Shown here piece by piece: positions 23,622 through 24,523 of a stretch of 24,523 nucleotides of DNA. Under the pieces are notes generated by a model. That model was given only the letters and a program-made list of their open reading frames with translations. It had not been told where the DNA came from and did no database searches. Position numbers and translations under genes: made by a program. Each line of letters begins with the position of its first letter. The first letter of the stretch is position 1. This DNA is from a virus (Duplodnaviria; Caudoviricetes): positions 1 to 24,523 of IMG/VR virus record IMGVR_UViG_3300048574_000541; one strand, 5' to 3'.

Positions 23622-24158
23622 CTACTCCCCCTCCTTGGAGGGCGGGGAGGGGCCAAGTTCCCCGCGTGCCATCATGGCTTTCAGTCGATCTCTACCGGCG
23701 CCCCAGCGTTCATCTTCTTTCTTCTGATCCTCCGGATAGAGCCGAAACAGGATCGGGCGGGAAGGCCACACGTCGCCGTCGTAAACCCACCACGAACCAT
23801 TCGGCCATTCACCCGTATAGTTCGCGTCGTGAATGCCGGTGCTGCCGGCCTCGATAACCTGAAAGTGGGTGCCATCCTTCGGACAATACGATGCTTCGCG
23901 CCAGCCAAGTTCCTTGAGCCGCGTATAGGCGTCGTGCATCGCGTCCAACGCCGCCTTTACGTCTGGCATCCGCTCCGCCCGGCTGGCTTTGGCAGTTTCG
24001 GCGGCCTTCCAAAACCTATCGGCTTCGGCGCGCGTCAGAGGTTCATGACGCAGCTTCGGGAATCTCGTTCCCGGGTCGATCTCGCCAGTATCGAAGGTCT
24101 TGTGGCCGACAACGTCGTCAGGCCGCCCCTCCGTCCCGATATCCTGCCAGGTGGTCAT
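23622..24158 (-). CDS. Phage accessory protein, DUF551-like
   Basis: 'WQDIGT' N-terminus and 'GWREASYCPKDGTHF' motif; ATGA coupling. Confidence 0.65.
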   Translation of the reverse strand: MTTWQDIGTEGRPDDVVGHKTFDTGEIDPGTRFPKLRHEPLTRAEADRFWKAAETAKASRAERMPDVKAALDAMHDAYTRLKELGWREASYCPKDGTHFQVIEAGSTGIHDANYTGEWPNGSWWVYDGDVWPSRPILFRLYPEDQKKEDERWGAGRDRLKAMMARGELGPSPPSKEGE

Positions 24159-24508
24159 GGGGTGCGTCCTTCGGCCTTGGCGATGGCGGCATCAATCTGC
24201 CCCGAGATGGATTTACTTTCTTCGGGATCGGCCGGAATACCGGTTTCCAGCCAGCGGCTGATGTTAGCTTGCTGCCGCTTCAGCGCTGTCAGCAACTCAG
24301 GCGCAGCCGCGATCAGCCGAGCGTTGGCCTCGCACTCCGCATTGAACGCCGCATAGTCGGTGTCCGACACGTCGGGGTATGCCTTCTTGGGCATCCACGA
24401 CACGTTGCAGATGCTACGGCCCATTGGTCCAACAACCGGCCAGCCGACCACGCTTGACGGTCCGTCAGCCGCCATCCACGGACCCGCCGTATGCTTCACG
24501 CCGCTCAT
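24155..24508 (-). CDS. Phage early accessory protein of the 'HTPGPW...ANARLIAAAPELL' family
   Basis: KHTAGPW and EANARLIAAAPELLTALK motifs; likely start ATG 24508 after a G-rich RBS. Confidence 0.75.
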   Translation of the reverse strand: MSGVKHTAGPWMAADGPSSVVGWPVVGPMGRSICNVSWMPKKAYPDVSDTDYAAFNAECEANARLIAAAPELLTALKRQQANISRWLETGIPADPEESKSISGQIDAAIAKAEGRTP

Positions 24509-24523
24509 CTTCCCCACCCCCAT

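Larger units (their letters stand above)
1..24523. mobile_element. P22-like podovirus phage/prophage segment (late operon, lysis, accessory and early genes)
   Basis: Continuous terS-terL-portal-scaffold-coat-gp4-gp10-ejection proteins-tail fibre-lysis gene order, with no tape measure, tail tube or host housekeeping genes. Confidence 0.95.

Noticed and set aside
1-24523. Stop-codon recoding, introns/inteins in terL or portal, tRNA genes
   Set aside because: Genes tile densely in the standard code with normal lengths; no cloverleaf or intein motifs recognised

Overview
This 24.5 kb window is part of a P22-like (podovirus-type) tailed phage or prophage. The protein families and promoter style suggest an alphaproteobacterial, probably Hyphomicrobiales, host (inference). 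On the + strand it holds the end of a replication-type gene, a T5orf172/GIY-YIG gene and a DUF6456-like putative late regulator. A pR'/tR'-like promoter with three terminators follows. The virion operon then runs terS, PBSX-type terL, P22-type portal, scaffold, coat, head-tail adaptor, gp10-like tail hub, a needle-position adaptor with a glycine-rich adhesin-like gene, three DNA-ejection proteins, and two tail fibre genes interrupted by an HNH endonuclease. Next is a lysis cassette: TIGR02594-type endolysin, holin, and overlapped i-/o-spanins. An Acb2/Tad1-like cyclic-nucleotide sponge sits between endolysin and holin, and a second, exported CHAP-like hydrolase lies downstream. After that is a self-contained divergent switch: a leaderless ribbon-helix-helix repressor, back-to-back promoters covered by four CGATATCG-type operators, and two unknown genes ending at a terminator. 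The right end is a converging minus-strand operon of small accessory genes with no integrase. No rRNA, tRNA or CRISPR array was seen. All family assignments come from motif recognition by eye, not from database searches.
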